Below are positions 1 to 12,075 of a stretch of 64,000 nucleotides of DNA, piece after piece. How positions within the stretch are numbered: the first letter of the stretch is position 1; each line of letters begins with the position of its first letter. The notes below the pieces were generated by a model that was not told the origin of the DNA, did not search any database, and saw only the letters and a program-made list of their open reading frames with translations. Origin of the DNA: an uncultured cyanobacterium (lineage in GTDB: Bacteria; Cyanobacteriota; Cyanobacteriia; Cyanobacteriales; Cyanobacteriaceae); the NCBI GenBank assembly GCA_963710605.1, contig CAVQBA010000004.1, positions 1,280,001 to 1,344,000 on the forward strand. The letters are read 5' to 3'. The position numbers were made by a program, and so were the translations under genes.

Positions 1-237
1 ATTTCGATCGCTTTACAAAATTCGGGTATGCTAACTTGGCAATTGACTCAAATAGAATATGCAGATGATTATAATCACAGTCAAAGATTGAGTCAATTTA
101 TGAATCAATGCTTAGAAAATAGAACTCAGATAAAAGTTAGTTTTTGGGATATTGGTTACAGTTATGAGGTAGGTTGCACACCTGCTAATGATTGGATTGG
201 GATTTATTCTTATGCAGAATTTGAGTATAATCCTTAA
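1..237 (+). CDS. 3' end of a gene starting before the window; C-terminus resembles nuclease A inhibitor (NuiA)-like domains
   Basis: Frame 1 is open from base 1 (ISIALQNSGMLTW...). The tail YEVGCTPANDWIGIY resembles the NuiA-type G-x-T-x-x-x-D-W-x-G motif. Confidence 0.45.
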   Translation: MSIALQNSGMLTWQLTQIEYADDYNHSQRLSQFMNQCLENRTQIKVSFWDIGYSYEVGCTPANDWIGIYSYAEFEYNP

Positions 238-336
238 CTTTAATGTTTGATAGCGATCGACAATTATCTAAAAACAACAAATACAATGTCTGTGTTTTAA
301 TTCTTCGCAAATAAATAGATTATTCTTATTGAAATT

Positions 337-3300
337 ATGATGGAACAACTTATACCCATTAACAATCAAGACTTACAAACTTTTATTACTAATCCTGAAT
401 CTTTGAAAATTCAAGATCCAGATGTACAAATTGCGATCGCTACTTACCCACAAACCCCCGTAGAGTTATTAGCAATCTTAGTAAATAGTGAATTACCTGA
501 AGTAGTTGAAGCCGTTCAATTACACGTTAATTATGCAGGAGAATTAAATCAAAATGGGTATGAGGTTGCCGAAGAAAAAATCAACTCTCGTAATTTGGGG
601 CAAAACGACAAGTTGGCAGTAGAGTTACTCAAAATTGCTCCTGTACCAGATTATTTTTTGAGTAAATGGGTACCGGCAGATCGTCTGATTGAGGGGTTAA
701 GCAATTCTTATTTACCTTTACGTCATAAAATATCTTTTTTAAGTAGATTAGCTCAAGATGAATCTTTAGAAGCTCGTTTACAAGTAGCAGAAGCGAAACA
801 AACACCGATCGCTATCTTACAAAATTTGATAGGCAATTTAGAATTACCAATTCGTTTGGCAGTCGAACATCATCCTAATTGTCCGCCACAACTAGTTTCT
901 TTAGTTAAAGGGCAACAAGAAATAGCCAGTGATTGGAATACGGATAAAGAGCAGTTGGAAAGTTTAAGTAACAGTAACTGGGATTGGATAAGACTCGCAG
1001 TGGCACAAAATCCCACTACTAGTGAAGAAACCTTATTAAAGTTAGCAGGAAATAAACTATATAAGATTCAATTAGCTGTAGCGAAAAATCCCAATACACC
1101 CGCAAGTATCTTAAAAGTATTAGCCCAAAATTCAAATCATGTACAAGTTGAGGTAGTTAGACATCCTAATGCAACTGAAGAGATTTTACATAGTCTGTTT
1201 GAAACTCAGCAAAGCGTGATCAAAAATCGTGAAAATTTACCCGCAAGTATTTTAGAAAGAATCTTTGATAACAGAGATAAAAATACTCCTGCTTGGAAAG
1301 ATCATAATTTTAGATATTATTTTCGGAAACAACCAAATACACCTACTTGGATTCTAGGCGAATTAGCTGATATTGATATTGAACAATTAACGGCAGAAAG
1401 ATTAGAGTTAGAAGGGAAAAATAACCGTAATACGGGTATTCACAAAAAATGGGTTAGTGATGATATAGAGTTTTTAGCTAATGTTGCTGAGCATTCTCAA
1501 GTATCAACAGAAATATTGGAAAAAATTATTGAGTATCCTAACCAAAATGCAAAGTTAGCCGTTGCTCAAAATAATAAAATTTCCCCACAATTAAAATTAA
1601 AGTTATTCAGGGATTTTATTAATGATAATTGGGATTATGAGTGTCAACAAAGAATTGTCAAAATAGCAGAGAATCCTGATACACCTGTAATCATTTTAGA
1701 AGAATTAATCAATAAAATCTCACCAACTAGAGCAAAACTAGTACAAAAACTGACCAATTTTACAACTGCAATTTCTGAGATTTCATCTTCTTTATTAGAT
1801 AAACTTAGCAATTTTATCGATCGTTATCAATCTCCAGAACAAATATTATCTGGACTTAGAAAAAATGAAAAATTGAGAAAAACGATCTTACAAGATTGGA
1901 CTCAATTAACCAATTCTTTAAACGAAGTTGAAACACAACATCTGATGGGAATAGCTCAGATAACATTTTTAGGAATTGGGATGAGTGGTAGTGGAATTCC
2001 AAGACAAGATCGAGGTTGGATTGATTATGGTTTAAATCAAAAGCAAATTAATAGAAGTGATTTTTTAAGCAATTTACCAGCAAATTATACTCTTTTTGGC
2101 GTAATTTCGTTGTTAGACAGAGACGATTATAGAGATCGTAGTTTTATAGAGATTATTGCGGCATTATTAAGAAATCCATCTACACCAATTAAGGCACATA
2201 GTCTTTTTTGGCAAAAACCACGACAAAAATTTGATTACAATAGTTTCGATCGCTATTCTCCACAAGCATCTTATTTACTTGCACTTGCACTAAATCCTGC
2301 TGTACCAGAAAATGAAAGAAAAGAATATTTAGAACAATTAGTTGATTGTGGTCATGGTAATGAAACGATCGCTAAAAACCCACATACTCCTGTTGAAATT
2401 TTAGCAAAAATGGTCAGCAAGAAATTAGTTCAACTATCTCTAGTTGCCAAAAATCCTAACTGCCCTGATTATCTTCTTAGACAAATTGTCGAACAAACAC
2501 AAAACACTAGTGGATACAATTATATTTTCCAAGAGGTAGCTCAAAATCCTAATGCTTCTATGGCTTTGTTGAAAGAATTAGTTTTAGCCAACATAGTAGG
2601 TGAAGATGTGTTAAAAAATCCGTGTCTTAATCTTCAATCTACTTATGAAATTCAACTAATAATTAATCAAAAAAAAGAAACTAAAGAAGCAAATAAAATA
2701 TTAGTAGAAAGAATCGATCGTGCTTATGCTTTAGCTAGAGTATTAGAAACAGGCGATCAATATACCAAAATTTTTGTTGCCAGTAATAATAAAACACCCA
2801 TAGAAGCATTAGAAAAATTAGCTCAAGATGAAGATAAAGGTGTTCGCCAAGCAGTAGCACAAAACCCTAATCTTTCTCCAAAAATAATTACCCAACTAGC
2901 TCAAGACAAAGATAGTTCTGTTCACTTAGGTTTAGTAAAATCAAGAAACAATCTATCAGTAGAAATATTACAAAAACTAGTCCAAACTGGAAATGAATGG
3001 ATACGCAAAGAAATAGCTCAAAATAACAATACTCCTGTCGTTATCCTCAAACAATTAGTTAGCGACAAAAAAAGACAAGTAGAAGTACTTACAAATCCAG
3101 CTACACCAAGAGATATTTTAGCGGAATATATACCCCAAATCAGTGACGAAAACCAGATAGAATCAATTCTTAGAGGTAGTAATAGTACTCAAAAGAAAAA
3201 TCCGAATATGCCAAGTGAAATACTCGAAAAACTATCTCATCATTCTAATAAAACTATTCGCCATTTTGTCGCACTTTACCCAACAATATCTAGCACTACT

Positions 3301-4344
3301 TTAAAACGTTTGGCTTTTGATAGTGATGACTTAGTTAGACAAACTGTGGTTGATAATCCTAATACATCTGCTGATATCTTACTAGAGATGGCAAAAGCAC
3401 TAGAAAACAATATTACTACTAGTATTGGTTCAGCTCATAGCGTCGCTTATAAAATAGCAGGGAGAAAAGAAACACCAGCACAAGGGTTAGATTATCTTGT
3501 CAAAATGCCAGTCTCGATGGTTCGTGCTACGGCGGTAAATAACGATAATATTTCGCTTGAAACCTTAGATTGGTTAGTTGATAATGAAACTCAGGAAAGT
3601 ATTTTAAGTTCGATCGCTCAAAAGCAGAAAATAAAACCTCAAACACAAGAAAAACTAGCTTCTCATCCATCAAATCAAGTTCGCTTAAATTTAGCAATGA
3701 ATCCTAATGCAACAGAAGACACTTTAAGCATTATTTATCTAACCATGATGACGGCACAAACCAACATCGGAATACAAATAGCAGTTGCATCTCATCCGAA
3801 TACACCAGTCAGTTTTTTAGAAAATTTATCAGAAGCTAACGATAAAATGATTCGTGCTGGTGTTGCCAGTAATCCTAATCTACCTCAGTATCTAATCGAA
3901 AAATTAGCAAAAGATGAATTAGTAGAAGTACATCGTGCTTTGAGCAAAAATAAAAATACACCAGAATTGATTAGAAATAGTTTTCAAGAGTTATCATCAG
4001 TAAGCCAACAAACTAACCAGAATAACCAGAAGACACAATCTTTAAGTCCTACTCTAAGAGGATTAAGTCGTATTTATAACCCCAAAACTGATGATTTACC
4101 AACCATATTATTAGAATATAGTAATTCCGATGTTGCTTTTGTCAGATTTATTTCTTTATTACATCCATTGACACCAGTAGAAATATTAGAAAATGGAGCA
4201 AATTCGGTTTCTTGGATAGAGCGTTATGCAGTAGCAGATAATCCAAATACACCAACACAAATCAAACAAAAACTGACACAAGATAGTAACCAAATTGTAC
4301 GATCGATTGCCAAAAATAATAAGGAGGAATTAAATTATTCTTAA
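337..4344 (+). CDS. Large leucine-rich-repeat-variant (LRV)/HEAT-like repeat protein, 1335 aa
   Basis: Many repeats of the form R-x-A-V-A-x-N-P-N-T-P-x-x-x-L-x-x-L-A-x-D. Confidence 0.85.
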   Translation: MMEQLIPINNQDLQTFITNPESLKIQDPDVQIAIATYPQTPVELLAILVNSELPEVVEAVQLHVNYAGELNQNGYEVAEEKINSRNLGQNDKLAVELLKIAPVPDYFLSKWVPADRLIEGLSNSYLPLRHKISFLSRLAQDESLEARLQVAEAKQTPIAILQNLIGNLELPIRLAVEHHPNCPPQLVSLVKGQQEIASDWNTDKEQLESLSNSNWDWIRLAVAQNPTTSEETLLKLAGNKLYKIQLAVAKNPNTPASILKVLAQNSNHVQVEVVRHPNATEEILHSLFETQQSVIKNRENLPASILERIFDNRDKNTPAWKDHNFRYYFRKQPNTPTWILGELADIDIEQLTAERLELEGKNNRNTGIHKKWVSDDIEFLANVAEHSQVSTEILEKIIEYPNQNAKLAVAQNNKISPQLKLKLFRDFINDNWDYECQQRIVKIAENPDTPVIILEELINKISPTRAKLVQKLTNFTTAISEISSSLLDKLSNFIDRYQSPEQILSGLRKNEKLRKTILQDWTQLTNSLNEVETQHLMGIAQITFLGIGMSGSGIPRQDRGWIDYGLNQKQINRSDFLSNLPANYTLFGVISLLDRDDYRDRSFIEIIAALLRNPSTPIKAHSLFWQKPRQKFDYNSFDRYSPQASYLLALALNPAVPENERKEYLEQLVDCGHGNETIAKNPHTPVEILAKMVSKKLVQLSLVAKNPNCPDYLLRQIVEQTQNTSGYNYIFQEVAQNPNASMALLKELVLANIVGEDVLKNPCLNLQSTYEIQLIINQKKETKEANKILVERIDRAYALARVLETGDQYTKIFVASNNKTPIEALEKLAQDEDKGVRQAVAQNPNLSPKIITQLAQDKDSSVHLGLVKSRNNLSVEILQKLVQTGNEWIRKEIAQNNNTPVVILKQLVSDKKRQVEVLTNPATPRDILAEYIPQISDENQIESILRGSNSTQKKNPNMPSEILEKLSHHSNKTIRHFVALYPTISSTTLKRLAFDSDDLVRQTVVDNPNTSADILLEMAKALENNITTSIGSAHSVAYKIAGRKETPAQGLDYLVKMPVSMVRATAVNNDNISLETLDWLVDNETQESILSSIAQKQKIKPQTQEKLASHPSNQVRLNLAMNPNATEDTLSIIYLTMMTAQTNIGIQIAVASHPNTPVSFLENLSEANDKMIRAGVASNPNLPQYLIEKLAKDELVEVHRALSKNKNTPELIRNSFQELSSVSQQTNQNNQKTQSLSPTLRGLSRIYNPKTDDLPTILLEYSNSDVAFVRFISLLHPLTPVEILENGANSVSWIERYAVADNPNTPTQIKQKLTQDSNQIVRSIAKNNKEELNYS

Positions 4345-4519
4345 TATTTCAAGCAGTAATTACCATTTATCAATCCAATTTTAAGTTCATGCCTATGAGC
4401 GTTTTCTATCAGCCTTAAATGACCCAATTCAAAGTAAGCAACACACACAACCAATTAAGATTATTCAATCGTCTGCTCACCCGATAACGAAGAAAAAAAA
4501 GATTGTCAATTCTTAATAA

Positions 4520-5602
4520 CTACTTATGTTTTGGTCTTCTCGGAGAGTTAATTGGACCTAAAATACTATTTAATATTCTTAATTGCTCTGCTGTACCCAT
4601 ACAAATTAAGGAATCACCAGCTTCTAGCAGACTATTACCTGTAGGGCCGGCTATTAAAGTTCCGTCAAAACGACGAATAGCAACGACTAACGCTCCTGAT
4701 TTTGATCTTAAATCTGTTTCCATCAAAGTTTGCCCCAAACAAGGACAAGTTTCTTGAGCTAATAAATATTCTTCGAGATAAAATGATTTTTCGCCTCCAC
4801 TAAGAATACCATCAACAAAATCCATTACCTGTGGGCGTAATGCCGCCGCCGCTAGTCTTTTACCACCTGTAATGTAAGGAGAAACTACTACATCTGCACC
4901 CGCTCTTTCTAATTTTTTGACGGCTTCTTCTGTACTAGCACGAGCAATAGCTCTAATTTTCGGATTTAAAGCTTTAGCAGAAATAACAGTATAAAGATTG
5001 TCAGCATCTGAACTAATTGCTGTAACAATACAAATAGCAGTTTCAATTTTAGCTAAAGAAAGATATTCATCTAAAGTAGCATCTCCTTGAATAACCAGAT
5101 AACCAAGTTGTTGTGCTTTTTCTATTTCTTCTATATCTGAGTCGATAATTATAAAAGGAATGGTTTCAGCGGCAAATTCACTAGCTACATAAGAGCCTGT
5201 TCTACCAAAACCACAAATTATATAATGATTTATTAGTTTATCAATCACGTTTCTTTTTTGTCTCAAACGAATGCCTTCTTGAAAATAACCTTGTAATAGT
5301 GCTTCTGTAAAACGATTGACTAAATAACCAATGGTAATCAAACCCATTAAAATTAAGACAATCGTAAAAAGTCGAGAACGTTCAGAAAGAGGATGTATTT
5401 CGCCAAAACCAACACTAGAAAGAGTTATCATTGTCATGTAAGCTGAATCTAGTAATGACCATTTTTCGATCAACCAAAACCAAAAAGTACCTGACAGAAA
5501 AATACCAAATAAGACGACACTACCTGCTCTAAGTTCTCTTTTTAGACGATAATAATTTTGCTCTGAGTTCGATCGACTCGCTTTGACATTTCGGGAGTAT
5601 AT
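4520..5602 (-). CDS. Two-TM potassium channel with RCK (TrkA-N/TrkA-C) domains; start uncertain
   Basis: Selectivity filter TLSSVGFGE and Rossmann motif ICGFGRTG. The frame stays open upstream of the track's TTG (5473) to 5626 and encodes TM1 (ELRAGSVVLFGIFLSGTFWFW). Confidence 0.85.
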   Translation of the reverse strand: MYSRNVKASRSNSEQNYYRLKRELRAGSVVLFGIFLSGTFWFWLIEKWSLLDSAYMTMITLSSVGFGEIHPLSERSRLFTIVLILMGLITIGYLVNRFTEALLQGYFQEGIRLRQKRNVIDKLINHYIICGFGRTGSYVASEFAAETIPFIIIDSDIEEIEKAQQLGYLVIQGDATLDEYLSLAKIETAICIVTAISSDADNLYTVISAKALNPKIRAIARASTEEAVKKLERAGADVVVSPYITGGKRLAAAALRPQVMDFVDGILSGGEKSFYLEEYLLAQETCPCLGQTLMETDLRSKSGALVVAIRRFDGTLIAGPTGNSLLEAGDSLICMGTAEQLRILNSILGPINSPRRPKHK

Positions 5603-5952
5603 TGTGCCAATCCTCTTAACTGTTGATCACTAACTGATTTGATTATAGATGACTTTTAGTTATTATTTCTTTTCGTTATTTGAATTATTTATAGATATTT
5701 AATTTTAATTTTAGGTTTTTTTAGAACCAATTAACTAAGAATTAGGCAATTTTTAATAGTTAAAGTATAAACTAGTAAGAATACAGCTAAAAGATCTATT
5801 GAACGCACCACACAACTTGATTAAATAATCTCGAACTATCAATTCTCATTATGGATTAGTGATCATTTTTCGCTTTGTCTGAGTTGATAATGATTACTTA
5901 GATAGAGTAGAATACAATAATTATTTAGTAAATTTAAATTGTCAATTCATAT

Positions 5953-6645
5953 TTGATGAAGACGCAAAAGCTAAGCGATATATTTTCTTTGTTTCGTAAT
6001 ATTAATATTGACATTTTAGAAAGATTTTTATCGATCGCTAACCTTGAAGAATACCAAGCACAAACAGTATTGATAGATGAAGAAAGTTGGGGTTCAAACG
6101 TTTACTTTATAGTTTCAGGATGGATAAAAAGAGAAACTATTGAGCCTGAGAACAAATATACTTTAGAAATAATGGGTAAAGGTAGTTTTATTGGTGAAGA
6201 AGGTATCCTAACTAATAACACTCTTAATAGTCAGATTGTTACTATTTCTGATGTCCAACTTTTAATTATTCCTGCTCAGCAATTTTTACAATTTTTATAT
6301 CAATATACTCAAATATTAAATCGGTTTTTAAGTATTACAATTAATCGGGTAAAAGAATATCAAAAATATTGTCAATTTTATCGTCAACCAATCAAAGTTA
6401 GATTAGCTACAATTTTAATTGATTTAGCTCAAAAATATGGTGAAGAAACAGACGAAGGTATTTTAGTTTATAATTTTTTAGAGCAAGATTTAGCTGATTT
6501 AGCTCAATTATCGATCGCCGAATGTCGGCAAATTTTATCTGGGTTACAACAAAAAAATTTACTCATAATTGAGTCTGATAGTGATAGTCTTTATTTTCCC
6601 AATTTAAAATTATTACATCATACGATCGGTAAGCTCGGTCAATAA
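5953..6645 (+). CDS. Crp/Fnr family transcriptional regulator
   Basis: cNMP-binding fold (VYFIVSGWIK...GSFIGE), then RLATILIDLA and a C-terminal HTH (EQDLADLA). Confidence 0.85.
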   Translation: MMKTQKLSDIFSLFRNINIDILERFLSIANLEEYQAQTVLIDEESWGSNVYFIVSGWIKRETIEPENKYTLEIMGKGSFIGEEGILTNNTLNSQIVTISDVQLLIIPAQQFLQFLYQYTQILNRFLSITINRVKEYQKYCQFYRQPIKVRLATILIDLAQKYGEETDEGILVYNFLEQDLADLAQLSIAECRQILSGLQQKNLLIIESDSDSLYFPNLKLLHHTIGKLGQ

Positions 6646-6739
6646 TAAAATTAATAATTAATAATTAATAATTAATTATTAACAATTATTTAAATAAGTA
6701 ATTAAGCGTTTGTCCTTAGAACTTTTATCGATCACATTT

Positions 6740-7381
6740 ATGAAATCAACAAAATATTATGTAGTTTGGAAAGGTAGAAAAACGGGAATATTTACAACTT
6801 GGGCAGAATGTAAGCAACAGGTTGATAAATTTGCTGACGCTAAATATAAATCTTTTAAAACTAAAGCGCAAGCCCAAAGTGCTTTTAATTCATCGCCACC
6901 TAATTACTACTCCAGCAAATCTAAATCTAAAGCCAATAAATCTGTAACTATAACCACACCGAGTAATGGGCAGATTATAGAGCAAAGTATCTCAGTTGAT
7001 GCTTCATGTTTAGGTAATCCCGGAATTATGGAATATCAAGGAGTAGAAACAATGACTAAAAAAATTTTATTTCGTCATGGCCCGATGAATAATGGAACTA
7101 ATAACATAGGAGAATTTTTAGCTCTAGTTGATGGTTTAGCCTATCTTCAGGATCATAATCAGCTTACAATGCCGATTTATTCAGATTCTAAAATAGCGAT
7201 CGGTTGGGTCAGAAAAAAACAACCCAAAACTACCTTAAAACCAAATTATCAAAACCAAGAAATATTTACTCGTCTAGAAAATGCGATCGATTGGCTAAAA
7301 AACAACTCTTATACTAATCCTATTTTAAAATGGGAAACACGATCGTGGGGAGAAATTCCCGCCGACTTTGGCAGAAAATAA
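6740..7381 (+). CDS. rnhA: Ribonuclease HI with N-terminal hybrid-binding (viroplasmin-like) domain
   Basis: KYYVVWKGRKTGIFTTWAEC hybrid-binding domain; catalytic motifs SVDAS, NNIGEFLA, IYSDS, WGEIPADFGRK. Confidence 0.9.
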   Translation: MKSTKYYVVWKGRKTGIFTTWAECKQQVDKFADAKYKSFKTKAQAQSAFNSSPPNYYSSKSKSKANKSVTITTPSNGQIIEQSISVDASCLGNPGIMEYQGVETMTKKILFRHGPMNNGTNNIGEFLALVDGLAYLQDHNQLTMPIYSDSKIAIGWVRKKQPKTTLKPNYQNQEIFTRLENAIDWLKNNSYTNPILKWETRSWGEIPADFGRK

Positions 7382-7579
7382 CAGATAACAGTGAACAATG
7401 AACAATGAACAATGAACAGTTAAAAGCTATAAGCTAAAACCTAAAAGCTAAAACTCAAAACTTAAAACCTAAAACCTAACTCTTAACTGTGAAATTGATC
7501 CCAGACCATGATAATCTTGATAGTGGCAAATCTTATTATAAATTAATAATTAAGTCAATAAATTAAAAGTATAAATTAG

Positions 7580-9028
<1,449 letters not shown>

Positions 9029-9279
9029 TTCGAAGAATGGAGAATGGAGAATTAACTAAAAAATAAAGGGTGATTACGCTCTGTCAAGTGTTTGGCATTC
9101 TGGATTTTAATGATAGTTCAAGCTATTTTTAAAATTACCTTTGTTCTTTATTCTTGAATTGACAGTTCATTTGGAGATAGGGGGTAGGTTGAGATTGCTT
9201 AATTTCTTTACCTATTCGCTATTTCTTCCTTTTTTTAACTATAAATAAAATTTAGATTATTAATTAATACATTAAAATT

Positions 9280-9675
9280 ATGGCTTTAACAGTAAGGGTA
9301 ATTACTCCCGATAATATAGTCTGGGATGATACTGCCCAAGAAGTAATTTTACCTAGTAGTACAGGGCAATTAGGTATTTTAAGCGATCACGCTCCTTTAC
9401 TAACTAGTTTAGATATTGGCGTTTTGAGAGTGCGTACTGATAAAGATTGGAAATCGATCGCCGTTATGGGTGGTTTTGCTGAAGTTGATAACAATGAAGT
9501 TAAAGTATTAGTTAATACTGCTGAATTAGGCGACAGCATCGACAAAGAAGAAGCGACTTCTGCTTTAACCGCCGCTGAAAATGCTTTAACCTCTGCTGGT
9601 GATGACTCTCGTGAAAAAACAAAAGCATCTCAGAATATTAAAAGAGCAAGAGCAAGATTACAAGCCGCTGGTTAG
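9280..9675 (+). CDS. atpC: F0F1 ATP synthase epsilon subunit
   Basis: LTVRVITPD...[12 protein letters not shown]...MGGFAEV; directly follows the beta subunit gene. Confidence 0.97.
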   Translation: MALTVRVITPDNIVWDDTAQEVILPSSTGQLGILSDHAPLLTSLDIGVLRVRTDKDWKSIAVMGGFAEVDNNEVKVLVNTAELGDSIDKEEATSALTAAENALTSAGDDSREKTKASQNIKRARARLQAAG

Positions 9676-9704
9676 TCTGCGTCTATTTTCTGATGACATT
9701 TATT

Positions 9705-9745
9705 AAAAGCGATCGATTAGTTATAATTAACATCGATCGTTTTTT
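9705..9745 (+). terminator. Probable intrinsic terminator after atpC
   Basis: Stem AAAAGCGATCGAT / ATCGATCGTTTTTT with an inner stem and T-tract, 30 nt after the stop codon. Confidence 0.6.
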
Positions 9746-10803
9746 ATTGAAAAGATATAATAAATAGGTTTATTTTTTGTTTCTAATTCTGTTAAAATAA
9801 CTTATTTTTTTTACTTTACGATCGTTTTTTTACTCTTGATAATTATTCTAAACTATGTCTTTAAATTAACTCTCTTCACACAGTAATATTTAACTTTATT
9901 ATTCTAAATTATTTTTTATATATTTGGTTTTTGTTTGATAGTAAATACTACATTATCAACCCTCTTTAATATTAATTATCGTTGTAAAGAATATAATAAT
10001 ACCTCACATTTTTTTGTGATGGAAAGGGCTATTTTCTTCTTCCTTTGAATGAAACAGCCCTGCCTTACTAAAGGGGACTTGAAAACAATTATGAGACACT
10101 TTGCTATATCTAAATTTAAGTTTAATTTATTAAACGAACAGGATATTAGCCTTGCACGATAGTTCAAGGCGGGTTTAATACTTTGTTTTTGTTATTATTA
10201 TTGTCTAAATCGAAAAAGGAAAAAGGAAGTAAAGCAGATAATTAATTTTGCGTACCGACTTATTGCATCTATCTAATGAAAAAAATCGATTAATGAGTAA
10301 AGAATAAAGGATAAGAACAGAAAATCAAGAATATTAAAGCGTTAATTATCATCTAGTCAATTATCTAACTATACACAATGATGACCGAACCATTTTTTAT
10401 ACGGTTGACGCTAATCCATAATAGTGTGATTCGTAGTGAGCTATCATTTACAATAGAAATTAATAATTAAATTATAAATATTTTTTTGATAAAGATAACT
10501 TTTTATCTAGTTCAATAATGATGATTAAAATCGATCGAAGATAGTTAATTTTAGAGCTAATTGTTTTCGTGTTATTAGAAAGCAAAGATCATTTGATTGG
10601 TGCTTCTAACCATAGGAAGATGTTAATTGTCGGTTTTTTCTCTTTAATAGTTTATATAATAATAAATTTTTTTCAATTTATGAATATTAATTTGCTTAGT
10701 TAATATTCACTGCAACGTTCGACTTAAACTGATAATTAATTATCAATCAATAGTAAACGTTATTAAATTATTTTGCAATTTTATCAATCGGAGATTTATT
10801 TGT

Positions 10804-11919
10804 ATGAATGGCAATATCAGAGTAGGTAATCTATTTGGGATACCGTTTTATGTCAATCCTTCATGGTTTATAGTTTTAGGGTTAATGACTCTAAGTTTTG
10901 GTACAGATTTAGCAATTCAAACCTCCCTTTCAGGTGCTTATCCTTGGATTTTGGGTTTAGCTACTTCTTTATTACTTTTTGGTTCGGTATTAGCCCACGA
11001 ATTAGGACATAGTTTTGTCGCTATTTCCCAAGGCATTGAAGTAAAATCGATCACTTTATTCATTTTTGGTGGTTTAGCGGCGTTAGGAAAAGAATCAGAA
11101 ACCCCTGAGCAATCTTTTCTAGTTGCGATCGCAGGACCACTGGTAAGCTTGATCTTGTTTGCTATTTTAACAGTAGTACTCAACACATCTTCTTTACCTT
11201 TATTCTTGAATATTATTGTTTCTTTACTCGCATATATCAACCTTGTTTTAGCTTTATTCAATATGATTCCTGGCTTACCCCTTGATGGTGGTAATGTCTT
11301 AAAAGCGATCGTTTGGAAAGCAACAGGTAATCCTCAAAAAGGTGTAATTTGGGCAGGAAGAGTTGGACAGTTTTTTGGTTGGACAGCAATTTCGATCGGT
11401 ATTTTAGGTACATTACAAGTACTTCCTTATGGAAGTTTCTGGACAGTATTTATCGGTTGGTTTTTACTCAAAAATGCAGGCACAGCGGCTCAATCAGCCA
11501 GTTTTGAAGACAAGTTGAAAAAATATTCGGCTAGTGATGCTGTTTCAATTGAAAGCCCAGTTATCAAAGAAAATTTAACTTTGCGTCAATTTGTTAACGA
11601 ATATGTTATTGGTAAACAGTCTTGGCAGAAATTTTTAGCTACCACAGAAGAAGGTAATTTAGTTGGTGTATTACACGTTAAAGATTTACCCTCAGTACCC
11701 ACTTCTAAATGGAATGAAGTTTGTGTAGCTGATTTGATGAAATCGACTGAAGATGTCAAAACTGTCAATGATACAGTACCATTATTAGACGTAATCAAAT
11801 TACTTGAAAAACAAACAGAATTGGAGCTAACTGTAATTAAAGAAGACGGAGAAGTACTCGGACTAATAGAAAAACAAGGTATAATAAAATTTCTAGAATC
11901 TAATCTGACTACCGCTTAG
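10804..11919 (+). CDS. Site-2 protease (M50 family) with C-terminal CBS domains
   Basis: HELGH zinc motif, AGPLVS, NMIPGLPLDGG, CBS-like C-terminus. Confidence 0.92.
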   Translation: MNGNIRVGNLFGIPFYVNPSWFIVLGLMTLSFGTDLAIQTSLSGAYPWILGLATSLLLFGSVLAHELGHSFVAISQGIEVKSITLFIFGGLAALGKESETPEQSFLVAIAGPLVSLILFAILTVVLNTSSLPLFLNIIVSLLAYINLVLALFNMIPGLPLDGGNVLKAIVWKATGNPQKGVIWAGRVGQFFGWTAISIGILGTLQVLPYGSFWTVFIGWFLLKNAGTAAQSASFEDKLKKYSASDAVSIESPVIKENLTLRQFVNEYVIGKQSWQKFLATTEEGNLVGVLHVKDLPSVPTSKWNEVCVADLMKSTEDVKTVNDTVPLLDVIKLLEKQTELELTVIKEDGEVLGLIEKQGIIKFLESNLTTA

Positions 11920-12075
11920 CCTATAGTTAATTATCTGCTGTTGTTATCAATAAACAAGCATAAAAACTAAAGGCGTAAAACAAAACAGTCTAAACTTGAT
12001 TAAATACTAAAGATTTCTTTGTTATTTCATATTCTGAAAATATAATTTAACTCAAGTATCAATAATATATTGACT

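Noticed and set aside
9976-10167. 63-aa ORF (also 28028..28261)
   Set aside because: Both run across dispersed repeat elements and have no protein-like features.
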